A stretch of 64,000 nucleotides of DNA from Ophelia neglecta (taxonomy: Eukaryota), in the NCBI GenBank assembly GCA_965285935.1, contig OZ260664.1, positions 31,744,001 through 31,808,000 of the forward strand, given 5' to 3'. A program made the translations under genes and the position numbers. This document shows positions 22,601 through 35,345 of this stretch, in pieces. The notes under the pieces are model-generated. The model searched no databases, had not been told where the DNA came from, and saw only the letters and a list, made by a program, of their open reading frames with translations. Position 1 is the stretch's first letter. Each line of letters begins with the position of its first letter.

Positions 22601-25600
22601 GAGAGGACATCCATTACAGTACGTGTACATGACCACAGGCGCTCGAAGCATGGTCGGCTTATAACCTAGTTCTTACTCACCCTATTACTGCATGCTTTGA
22701 TGGATGAGTTTTTCAACATGACAGACTAAAAGTTTTATAAAGTGTAAGTTAAGGACGATACAAAATCACTGGGAAGACCTGTCTGATAAGCCTGTTCATG
22801 CCTGGAAAAATCTCCCTAGTTACAAATATCTATTTTATTGAATCGATTCATGCTCAATCAGATTGTTGTCTTTGGGGTCATCTCACCCCGGACAATAACA
22901 CGCTGGAGTTTGATAGATTACTTACATCTTGATTCTACCAGCTTCGGAGCTAAGACGCACAACAATAAAACGTGGAAAAAGGCTGTCAAAAGGATATTGA
23001 TTGCTTTGGAATACAGATATATCTGTGATTGGCTCTAAAACTGATCATAAGAGAACTCCTTGCCAGTACATATACAATTTTTATTTTCATCTTAAAGTTG
23101 GCTTCTTTTCCATCTAACTTGTGTTGTCTTTGTATATTGTCAGGCTCATAATTCACCCAGGAAAGTTAGACTCTTTTACATTTTGCTGTTCAGTGTGTGT
23201 GACTTGTTCAGAAGTATACATGTGCTGTAGAACTCTAACAACTTTTTGTTACTGAGCTGACAATAATTCTCTGAAAGTGCCCACCGTCATTGTGGGACCA
23301 GTGTCTGAGAGGAGGAGTAACACATTCCATATAGACATGTAAAGGTCAGGGTTCAACAAGCAGAAAAACTACACAAGGAAATAGGACAAGTTGAGATCAA
23401 CATTTACATGTTCTATCTATAGCAAAAATTTAGGCACATAAAGCATGGGTAGCCTGCTGGAGTATTAAATGAATGAGGATATAACTGACCCAATAAAAAG
23501 GTTTTTAAAACAACATTAATAAATACTTTATTAATTTTCTCTGACTGTTAGCTAGGCACTATGGAAAGTACGAGCCATTTTGTCTGTATGGTATGATTGT
23601 CTGTTTGACTTACTTGTCCTACACACTAGACTAGTAGAGATTGGAATTGACTTGCCCTGTGCTTCTCTACGACAAAGGAGCAGGCTAAATTAGACCCTTA
23701 AAGTCGAGTCTTCATGGAATAAAAGAAGGTCTGTAGTTAATAGGGAACTATAATGCTTCATATAGCACATATGGAAATGCCTTTTTTTCTTTTTTTTTTG
23801 CATGAAGGGATGACCCTCATCCTTTTTCAGTGAATAAAGGTATATCCTTGGGTGCAGAGTCTGCATGGCAATATGTTATATTTTTTAGAATGCAAGTCAA
23901 GCCATAGGTTAGAGTTTGTGTTTTTCTCCCATGAACATTTCACATGGTTGTGGGTGCCCCTGTCGGCTTTGATGATTCAGATGTACTGCCAGTGATCCTC
24001 ATGACCTCGGTCTATGATCCTGTTTTTTTCAGATGTTTTTTTTGCTATATCTGATACGTACAGCAGGCAGATTCCGAGCTTGCCGCCCCATCAAATTTGA
24101 CCCATTAAACAGCCATAACATCTCATTGCTTGATGGTTACGTGCTCTTCCCCAATTAGTGCCTGAGATATGTCCAGACACTATGGGCAGCTGTGTTTTGG
24201 TGATGCTCAGACCAGGTTGCCCAGGTTTGCCATCAAGAGATCCCAGCTTCATCTAAGCTCCACCTGCTCCCACTCAAATCAGCTATGTTCCTGCTGAACT
24301 TTTCATCAATAATTTCAACTTTGAGAAGTGATGGAACACGGTCAATCCAGTTTTATCAGGATTAAAAGGGTTGGGCCATTAGAGGATTCACAAATTGTGT
24401 TTTGACATTTTTAAGGCAATTTGATTGTTTATTCTGGTAGCAAATGCTGTGAAATTGTTTGTTTGCCATGAACTATCTGGCAGCTTGCTGGTAAGTCTCC
24501 CGGCATGTCTGTTTGTCAGCACCAGGAGACGGAGAGGAACCATACCCAGGCATATTGCCACTTACTAGGTCATAACCCAGAATTAATTATACAAATCATT
24601 TGCCAGGATTACAGTTCAGCTGAACATATTATACCTGATGAAAAAAAGCAGATCAAGAGCAGTGACCTGAAAAATGTTCCTAAACAAAACCTTTTGCCAC
24701 CTCGGTTGAGTTTTATGTCAGCACCTTTCCTTGAGTGTAAAACTGAGCTTGAAATATTGTGTAGATAAAATAAATTGTTTAAGTGTCTGGTGAACCAGTG
24801 TCTTGCACCCCATGTATGTTTATCTCCAGGGTAAAATGACCCATTATCTTGAGAAATTCAACAGATAATTTGACTTAATGAAGACATCCCAGGTTCCTTT
24901 CTGCTTGGAAGCACTAGTGATGCAGAATATGTATCTGGTCTTTTAATTAAGAGAAGAATTTAGAAGATTTTGAAGTGTTTACTTCCTACAGCCCTCAGAT
25001 TTCAGGATACATTGGTATCTACTGATGAAGTGTGCCCCGAGGCAAACTAACTCCAAATGAATTGACCGTAAACTGGCATGAAATTTAACTCGAGATTCTG
25101 GAGAATGTCGCGTTTGTTTCATTTCAGAAGTTTAAATGACTAACTACTTGAGTAGGTTGCTCATTTCATGGATGACAAACTGAAAATAGACTGGCTTTCA
25201 TAGCATTTTAATTACTTAAATAAGTTTTAAGTAAGAATTAGCACCCAGCTTGCAGATTTACATATACTTTGATTGAGGGAATGTCAACTAGTAGTCCTTT
25301 TAAAGAATGTAGAGCATTGGTGAACAAAGCTGCTCTTGGTGAATTGAGGCACAGTCTCACCGCATGCAATGGCAAATGGGTTGTGTCAAATAACTTTACT
25401 GTTTTAAACTCATTTTTTGTGAAACTTTAACCTGATATTAAACCCACATTCTTAAACAGTTTGTATTAGATTGTGTGTGAAGGGTCTTTACAGTGTGTAG
25501 AGATTGAGGACACCTATCTATACAAGGAAACAGGTGCAACATGTTGTTCAACAGTTGTTAATTTACTGTCATCAAGGCTAGTTGCCAGATTGCATTAAAT

Positions 25601-25678
25601 TGCCCATTAATCAAACTATGTCAATTTGAAATATCATCTTTCAAGAAACGTCCAGTGTTGTAGCACAATAGCATTGGC

Positions 25679-25818
25679 CGTAAAGGAGACTGGGTGTGAA
25701 GGAGACTGGGTGTAAATGAGACTGGGTGTAAAGGGGTGTAAAGGAAACTGGGTGTAAAGGAAACTGGGTGTAAAGGAAACTGGGTGTAAAGGAAACTGGG
25801 TGTAAAGGAAACTGGGTG
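25679..25818. repeat. Minisatellite, 16-bp unit (aaaggaaactgggtgt), ~9 copies
   Basis: Period 16 (25741, 25757 ...). Confidence 0.95.
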
Positions 25819-28800
25819 GCAGACGTCTGCTATGATCCACATCTACATTAATTGGATACATAAGCATCTGGTCTATGGACATCCCTGAGTGTTAATGTCT
25901 TTATATACTAGGTCAAGATGAACATTAATTAATGCATTTTTTATACGTTTTTGTGCATATAATGCCATTATGATTCAATACATCTTACACAGAAACCATA
26001 TATTTGTATTAGAATACTGTTGTGAAAGCTTATCCCCCTTATATTGAAATTTAATCTCTTTTTTTCAGGGTTTGGAAGAACATAGTACAGTGAACCAGAC
26101 CAGTGCTTCATGGTATGGTACATTTATCTTTTAATTTAAATTGCATTAATAATCTAATGCCAACTTTAATAGTCTGGCAAATGATTTGTGTTTAATTTCA
26201 TGTAAAAAACCCAGTTCAGCACCACTTAACTGCTGTTTACTCTGGGTAGTGATTGTGTGGGATGCTGGAAAACATACATCACTCAGTGGAGTTTTAGGCC
26301 AGCTTTCTTGGCATGATATAATCGTGGTTTGTGTTTTTACTTCATTTAAACAAAGGCCATTTTTTCCTGGTGCTGATGAGAGAATTGATATGATGGATTA
26401 GGGGATTGTTAGGCCACTGGTGAATAGCGTTTTGTAATCTGCTTTGTACTGATAAGCACCTTTATTTTTATCCAGGGTTGGCTTGTTTTAATTGCCAGTA
26501 TTTGGGGAAGTTTTATTAAGAAATTTTACAGTAATGCCCTTATTCTATGCATGATTTTCATTATTTTTGACCCCGACTATGACTCCTAGCTGTTCTCCCA
26601 AGTGGATGACACGAAAGCTATCATGTGACCACGTAGAGAGATGGGTATCAGCCCTATGACTTTACTCCTCTCTCATAATAACAAGGCGATGATGGCTAGA
26701 CAGCAGGAATTAGAATAATCAAGAATTCTCTAGGAAAGTATTTGAAAACTGTCAAAATGTACCTATCTTTCTCATAACATACCCTTTTGTGTTTGTTCTT
26801 ATTCAGTCTTTGTCACGGAGCATTGCTGGGAAGACAGTTAATACTTTAGTAAAGATAGCCATTGGCTGAATGATTTTCTGTTGTTCAAGAAATAATTTTC
26901 GTTGCTCATTTTTAGAAAAGACAAAGTTTTAACCCGAATATTGGAGAATGAAACAAAAAAGTTTTGGGCCAATGCTATTTTAAAACTAGTAGGTAAAAAT
27001 GACAATTTTGCAAAACCTTGGAAAGGAGTACAACAAAATTTTTGAGGAAGAAAAAGTTTGTTCCAAAAAAATCTTGTAGTCCGTACCCAAATGTGTAAAT
27101 GTGTGTCCCTTAAACATGACTTAAACTGTGTTATAGGATTAGTACACACATTTAACTAGGCTTGATGGGAGCTGTGTGTAAAACTTTAATATGGTGTATA
27201 ACATTACATCAATACACCAGTAAGATGAGTGTAAACTGGATAGGCAGGGACTACCGGCCAAAGTGGATTAAACTTCAAGATAACAGTAAGATATGGATCC
27301 AAAGTAAAAGGATGCCATGATAGGTAGAGTTTAAGATACTTGATATCAGAGTGTAGAGACTGGGCACTGAGTCCCAGTGGGGTGACTGTCAGTCAGTCTC
27401 CTCCCTGACCTTTCCCAAGACGTTGTGCCCGAGGGAGCTCACCCCCTCAAGGCTCACCTCACATCACTACGGCTGGTCCTCGCCCCATAGAACAACAAGC
27501 CACAGTTAGAAACCAATTGTGAAGTTTGCGCAGAGTAGGGTTGAATATTTCAGGCCATGTCAGATCCAGCCATCATTGAGAGTGTCTTACATTAGACCTT
27601 ACCTTGAGACAGGCCATTTTACCAGTTGTTAACTTTCAATTGTGTGTTTATACAGCCACATGATACCCAACCTGTTTCACCTCCAGTTTTACAAATATTT
27701 AGCCAAGTTCACACAGCCCTGGACCTTCAGTTGTGAACAGAAACAGACTCTGGAAGGTTCTGTCTCGGTATAAAAGCTTCTCTGACTATCTGATGGCGAT
27801 GAAGCCAATTCCTTCTCTGTTCAGCCTTTGACATCATTCAATTAAAAGTTGCAATCTGAATTAAGTGATATTTTTCAACAAGATAATCATGGTTTACCAC
27901 TTTTTCAACTGAAAAATTCGCTAGGATCAATGAAAATAAATAAATTGTAACTAAATTAATGGTCTGTCAGATACAAATAGTAATTGCAGAATAGGCAAAG
28001 CCTCTTTAATTTAATCAGCATGTGAAAACATATCCTAGAAGCACGAAATATCATGATATTGCTATGCCATCCTTCTCTAAAACCAAGCATGCTCTGATTG
28101 TAACTGTGAGCCTCAAGTCCAACCACAGAAAAAAGGTTATAGGAAAAAAACAGTATTGGAAGGGAAAATTTAAATAATAGTAATTGCTTGGAAATTTACC
28201 ATATATATCCTATTCATAAAATACCAATAAGGGACAAAAAAAGCAACTTGCTTGCCAATAATTTGCCTAATATGTGTATAATTAAACTTAGATGAGGTTG
28301 TGGAATGAGAAGCTCATACTTTTATTATCTAATGACATCCACATGTCTCCTATTTGGACCGTTCATCTCCGATTTAATCCAACTATCAATTGTCCATGCA
28401 AGTCATACACACATGTAATAGATGTAGCAGTATTTGTAACTAGAGAGGGAACCGACCAAGGATTACAACTGTTCTGTTTGAGATCTATTAGCCGTGGGCC
28501 GGTGTAATGTCCGGTTTGGGAGAGCCGGTGGATTTCGAGCTGGCCTCAACTGGCGACTAAACAGCTTTTATAGCCACTATCCATCCATGAGAGGAATTAC
28601 AATGGAGAAAATCACCCCAAAAACAGGAGTAAGGATTTGAGGATTGTGTAGATTAAACCAAATCCATTATCATGACTGTTGCTCATATCTATGTGTACAT
28701 GTATATAGATGGCTGGTGAGCTGGGAGGGGTCTACTGTTGTTGGTTTTGGGAGGTGCGGTTTAGCTGGTTTACTGATAGTCGGTTTCATCACATTGTCAA

Positions 28801-29849
28801 ACTGATAGTGTCAGCCTGCACGGTGAGCTAGGAGGCCAGAGAACACAACCCTTGTAGTGATTTCCATATAATTGATAGGAAATCGCTACCAAGTTGATGG
28901 ATAGTCAGCAACTTACCTCCTTGTTAACTTATTGGGTCCTCCTGTCTGCAATAGTATCTGTAGTGTCATATGCTGAAGCTGTCAATTAGGTGCATTAGTC
29001 GAAGACAGATCTGTCCCTGATATGATATCCAAGAAATATCATGATATACATGCCGAATAGTCAGGTTTTATTGCCTTCTCCATAAATACCTCCAACAATA
29101 GGGATGCAAAACAGAACACACCCATTATGTTTCCCATTGCAGCACACAATTATGTGATATTTTTGTGAGTTATTTCTTATGGGATGGCCATACTTATTTG
29201 TGGTGAGGCACTTACCATCAGCTTTATGTGAGAGCACATTAGGCTGAAATTGTTTTCGAGAGATGATAGTAAGAATATGGCTGAAAAGAATGTGTAATGA
29301 TTGGGAGTCTTTTTGGCACTGCCTATGATTACAATTAGACTGGATGGCATTTAGAGACGCTCCTGATTCTGTTCCTGAGAGTTGAGAAGCTTCATCTTCT
29401 TCTGTGATCATCCTAAAATGCTTCATGTGCTTTGTGTGGGGTTTAGCTCAGAAAATATCTCCAAGTCACTGCCTTGCCAAGACAACACCATAAGAAAAAG
29501 GTTTTAATCCTCCTTCAATCAATCTCCATTATTGGGAATGGATCATAATTTGAGCGAGCACTCCTTGTAACACAATCTGCCATCTCTCCCCCATGGCCTC
29601 CACTACATTTGTCTGTGTTTCTCTGATGGTAATTATAGAGCTAACTCCCAGTATCTGGGCCTCACAATTGCTCTAACACAGGATGGCAGATAAAAAATGG
29701 ACCTTTGATGAGGGAAATGGATGATAACTTATTAGATCTGTCCCCTTGTATCACCATTATTTTACGGAAAAATGTTTAGCGGGAAAGGTAATAATATAAT
29801 TCATCTTTCCTGCCTAAACTGCAGGGACTTACATGGTCTCCTAAATCAT

Positions 29850-30241
29850 CAAAACCTCTGCAGGGTCAGCTGGTGGAAAAAACTAAATAAACATGAAAAC
29901 CTGAGGGTCAACTGGTGGAAGAAATCCAAATAAACATGAAAACCTGAGGGTCAACTGGTGGAAAAAACTCAATAAACATGAAAACCTGAGGGTCAACTGG
30001 TGGAAAAAACTCAATAAACATGAAAACCTGAGGGTCAACTGGTGGAAAAAAAACTAAATTAACATGAAAACCTCAGGGTAACTGGTGGAAAAAAAACTTA
30101 ATAAACATGAAAAACTCAGGGTCAACTGGTGGGAAAAAAACTAAATAAACATGAAAACCTGAGGTTCAACTGGTGGAAAAAACTAAATAAACGTGAAAAC
30201 CTCAGGTCAACTGGTGGAAAAAACTAAATAAACATGAAAAC
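29850..30241. repeat. Minisatellite, 42-44 bp unit (aaaacctgagggtcaactggtggaaaaaactaaataaacatg), ~9 copies
   Basis: CATG anchors at 29892, 29935, 29977 ...; length varies in the A-run. Confidence 0.95.
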
Positions 30242-30419
30242 AAGTAAAATGGATGTGGGGCAAGTGAATTTCACTGTTATTTTCATGTGTCCTATGTAAG
30301 CAAGTCCCAGAATTAAAGTTTGGGGCAGCTGGTTATTCAAGTTATGTCAGGCCCTGGGTATATTTTGCTGAGAATGATGTGCCCACTCCTAGGACATATT
30401 TTTGGAAATATGTCCCCCT

Positions 30420-30511
30420 TTATTCAAACATTTTATGTCTTGTTTTATTGTGTTCCCTTTTATTGGACCAATAAACAATTTTTGTATTGAATTAGAATTG
30501 AAGAATTGAAT
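30420..30511 (+). mobile_element. Probable LINE/SINE 3' tail
   Basis: T-rich stretch, then AATAAA, then degenerate (TTGAA)n. Confidence 0.3.
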
Positions 30512-31487
30512 ATGTATATATCTAAGTTGAGAGGAGTTTGATACTTCTGGTACAGTATCTCAAGCCAGTAATCTATAAGTATGGTACATGTACTTTGATG
30601 ATTCCCCAGAAGCTCAGGTGGTCAGAGTCTGAACTCCCCCCCCCCCCCCCCCCCGCCCTGACCCCTATGTTTTGTATAACGAGGCCAATGTTAGCAATAT
30701 AGGTAATTAAATTGGCCATGTAGTGAAGATGATGTCCACTCAGAGGATTAGGTGACATGGCCACACCCCATGCAATCTCCTTGATTAATGGTGAGCTGAA
30801 CAGTTTGCAGGTATACAGAGATGGCAGGCTTCTAAAGGTGGGAAGATAGGCTGTGTAAAGACCCTACATTTATCTTTTCCATTATGTGTGTGTGTGTGTC
30901 TTGGGGGGGGGGGGGGGGGGTTGAATTCAAACCACTTATTCTGAAAATCTACTACCCACTCCTGAACTACAGAGAAAAGGATTATCTGCTTGTTTCCAAT
31001 CTACCACTGTACCTTCGAATGGTTTTCCCAGGGAACAGAAAAGCCAAAAATGTTAAGCCCTCACAATTGAAGCCATATTATGACCACTGGTATGCGAGAC
31101 GCTTGTTTGCTACTACTTATGTATAACTATATACTATAACCTCCGATAGTTATAGGTAGTATATATAGTGTACATTATATATAGATTTTTCTTGAGGGCA
31201 TTTATAACATGTTGTAGTGGTTGAATTATAATTTAATGGGATGATAGTTGCCACCGACTTCAGGACTTCATAAGGAGTTCATTTGTGATGTGCAAAAATA
31301 CTCCCTGACTGTTAAAGTGACTGTTAACAGGGAAAATGGACATTAAACCATACCAAAAGCTTTAATATTTAGAGTAAAACCAGTACCATAGTTGTGGCAG
31401 TTAAATGGTTTGAATGCCTACAGTGGGTGGTTAACTGGACAAAGTTTGACTGCATCATCCATAGTTTTATTGGAAACCTATAAATGG

Positions 31488-32792
31488 TGTGACTTTTGAT
31501 TTGATCGGACCTTGGTAACGTAGGACTTGACATGTTATATGGGTGACTTTTGATTTGATATGATCATGGTAACGTAGGAGTTGACAGGTTATATGGGTGA
31601 CTTTTGATTTGATCTGACCTTGGTTACGTAGGAGTTGACAGGTTATATGGATGACTTTTGATTTGATCTGACCTTGGTTACGTAGGAGTTGACAGGTTAT
31701 ATGGATGACTTTAGATTTGATCTGACCTTGGTTACGTAGGAGTTGACAGGTTATATGGATGACTTTAGATTTGATTTGACCTTGGTTACGTAGGAGTTGA
31801 CAGGTTATATGGATGACTTTAGATTTGATCTGACCTTGGTTACGTAGGAGTTGACAGGTTATATGGATGACTTTTGATTTGATCTGACCTTGGTTACGTA
31901 GGAGTTGACAGGTTATATGGGTGACTTTTGATTTGATCTGACCTTGGTTACGTAGGAGTTGACAGGTTATATGGGTGACTTTTGATTTGATCTGACCTTG
32001 GTTACGTAGGAGTTGACAGGTTATATGGGTGACTTTTGATTTGATCTGACCTTGGTTACGTAGGAGTTGACAGGTTATATGGATGACTTTTGATTTGATC
32101 TGACCTTGGTTACCTAGGAGTTGACAGGTTATATGGGTGACTTTTGATTTGATCTGACCTTGGTTACGTAGGAGTTGACAGGTTATATGGGTGACTTTTG
32201 ATTTGATCTGACCTTGGTTACGTAGGAGTTGACAGGTTATATGGGTGACTTTTGATTTGATCTGACCTTGGTTACGTAGGAGTTGACAGGTTATATGGAT
32301 GACTTTTGATTTGATCTGACCTTGGTTACGTAGGAGTTGACAGGTTATATGGGTGACTTTTGATTTGATCTGACCTTGGTTACGTAGGAGTTGACAGGTT
32401 ATATGGATGACTTTTGATTTGATCTGACCTTGGTTACCTAGGAGTTGACAGGTTATATGGGTGACTTTTGATTTGATCTGACCTTGGTTACGTAGGAGTT
32501 GACAGGTTATATGGGTGACTTTTGATTTGATCTGACCTTGGTTACGTAGGAGTTGACAGGTTATATGGATGACTTTTGATTTGATCTGACCTTGGTTACG
32601 TAGGAGTTGACAGGTTATATGGGTGACTTTTGATTTGATCTGACCTTGGTTACGTAGGAGTTGACAGGTTATATGGATGACTTTTGATTTGATCTGACCT
32701 TGGTTACGTAGGAGTTGACAGGTTATATGGGTGACTTTTGATTTGATCTGACCTTGGTTACGTAGGAGTTGACAGGTTATATGGGTGACTTT
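31488..32792. repeat. Highly homogeneous minisatellite, 54-bp unit, ~24 copies
   Basis: Unit ggtgacttttgatttgatctgaccttggttacgtaggagttgacaggttatatg; only a few substitutions, no indels, no spacers. Confidence 0.97.
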
Positions 32793-33829
32793 TCTACTTC
32801 AGAGGGAGATGACAGTGCTGATCTATAAATTTTGAATAAAATCCATCCATACTGACTGTTATATGAATGGTAGAAGAGTGATCTGATTTTAAGTTTTGTA
32901 ACATTCGTTAATTTCACCTTTATTGGTTTGGTTGTTGTGTGGGAATAGCATGTGATAAACTGTTAATTTGGCTGGAACATATTATCCTCCAGACATCTAG
33001 TAGAAATTTTTGGTAACCATAATATAAATACCATTAAAGCTGTGAATGTGATTTGGATATATTGATGAAAGCATTAAAGCTAATAAGTAAAGTCCTATCT
33101 GAACCCTGCACATTGATGAGCCTTATACTGCAGGTTTATTGTTAATACATTCCTCTTTATATGCAACATTAGAGAAATTCATCTAGCTGACTTGATGAGA
33201 ATTGTTAATATAGAACTCGTAATGTCTCTTTAACACATTGAGCAACTATTTCAGGGCTCCAGCTTAATGAGTTGCTGGATGAGATAGGACTTCTATGGAC
33301 TATAAGTATCCCAAGGTGCCTTTGCAGACGTTGACCCTTGACCCAGATTGAAACTGCTATGACCTAAAGGTCATAGCGGTTATTTGCCAGGGTTTGACAG
33401 GCCATTAATTGTGGCCAGTCATCTCTTCCATATCCTTATTTCTGTGCTAATGGTACTTTGAGTGATATTATCTTTTTCTTCACTGAAAGGAAATTAAATA
33501 AAGTGGGCATATTTGTTATTATTCAATGAATATTGGCATAAAATGTACCTCATAAAAGGTGTATGCAAGGCAAGCAAGGAATTTCTATTACCGGGTAGTG
33601 CAGCCTACTTTTCTTTCCTATTATGTAATAACAGTCACATTATTTTTTGGCATGGGCTCATAATCAATGTTGAACTAAAAGATGAATGGACAAAAAACTA
33701 AGTTAAATTTTTTTTTAATAAAGCAAACAAAATAACATGTTATTAACCCTGAATGTACCTGAAGGTTTCTGTCACTGCGTCTCACTCTCGAAGCTGGTCC
33801 TGCCAGGGGCTGGAGAAAGGTAGTGTTGC

Positions 33830-35345
33830 CTTAGCCCTGTTTAACATCTAAGCCTGGGCTAACATCTCAGCCCTGCGTGACATCTTCTAAGCCCGGGCTA
33901 ACATCTTAGCCCTGTCTCATATCTTAGTCCTGTCTAATATCTTTGTCCTGTCTGATGGTTAAGCCCTCTCTAGTATTTTAGTCCTGTCTATCATCTTAGC
34001 CCTGTTTATTATATTAGTCCTGTCTGACGTCTAAGCCCTGTCTAACAGCTAAGCCCTGTCTAATATCTTAGTCCTGTCTAACGTCTACCCTTGGCCTAAT
34101 GTCTCATCCCTGTCTAAAGTCTAAGCCATGTCTAATATCTTAGTCCTGCCTGACATCCAAGCCCTGTCTAATATCTTAGCCCTGTCTAACATCTAAGCCC
34201 TGTCCAATATCTTAGCCCTGTCTAACATCTAAGCCCTGTCCAATATCTTATTCCTGTCTAACAGCTAAGCCCTGTCCAATATCTTAGTCCTGTCGGACGT
34301 CTAAGCCCTGTCTAACATCTAAGCCCTGTCCAATATCTTAGTCTAAGCCCTGTCTAACATCTAAGCCCTGTCCAATATATTAGTCCTGTCTGACATCTAA
34401 GCCCTGTCTAACATCTAAGCCCTGTCCAATATCTTAGTCCTGTCTGAAGTCTAAGCCCTGTCTAACATCTTAGTCCTGTCTGACGTCTAAGCCCTGTCTA
34501 ACATCTAAGCCCTGTCCAATATCTTAGCCCTGTCTAACATCTAAGCCCTGTCTAACATCTAAGCCCTGTCCAATATCTTAGCCCTGTCTAACATCTAAGC
34601 CCTGTCCAATATCTTATTCCTGTCTAACAGCTAAGTCCTGTCTAATATCTTAGTCCTGTCTAACAGCTAAGCCCTGTCCAATATCTTAGTCCTGTCTGAC
34701 ATCTAAGCCCTGTCTAATATCTAAGCCCTGTCCAATATCTTAGTCCTGTCTGACGTCTGAGCCCTGTCTAACATCTTAGCCCTGTCTAACATCTAAGCCC
34801 TGTCTACCATCTAAGCCCTGTCCAATATCTTAGTCCTGTCTGATGTCTAAGCCCTGTCTAACATCTAAGCCCTGTCCAATATCTTAGCCCTGTCTAACAG
34901 CTAAGCCCTGTCCAATATCTTATTCCTGTCTGATGTCTAAGCCCTGTCTAACATCTTAGCCCTGTCTGACATCTAAGCCCTGTCCAATATCTTAGCCCTG
35001 TCTAACATCTAAGCCCTGTCCAATATCTTAGTCCTGTCTGACGTCTAAGCCCTGTCTAACATCTTAGTCCTGTCTAACAGCTAAGCCCTGTCTAGTAACT
35101 TAGCCCTGTCTAATATCTAAGCCCTGTCCAATATCTGAGTCCTGTCTGATGTTTAAGCCCTCTCTAGTATCTCAGTCCTGTCTGACATATAAGGCCTGTT
35201 TAATATCTCAGTCCTGTCTGTCATATAAGGCCTGTTCAATATTTCAGTCCTGTCTGTCATATAAGGCCTGTTTAATATCTTAGTCCTGTCTGACATCTAA
35301 GCCCTGTCTAGTATCTCAGTCCTGTCTGTCATATAAGGCCTGCCT
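33830..35345. repeat. Complex minisatellite of 18-bp monomer variants (ctaagccctgtctaacat / cttagtcctgtctgacgt / ctaagccctgtccaatat), ~80 monomers
   Basis: Period 18, with 36- and 54-bp higher-order grouping and degenerate edges. Confidence 0.95.

Noticed and set aside
30630-30930. Poly-C and poly-G ~250 bp apart as possible MITE termini
   Set aside because: Complementarity does not extend convincingly beyond the homopolymers.
31488-32792. CRISPR-like appearance of the regular arrays (also 29850, 58263, 59657)
   Set aside because: Units are contiguous with no unique spacers, there are no cas genes, and the context is eukaryotic.
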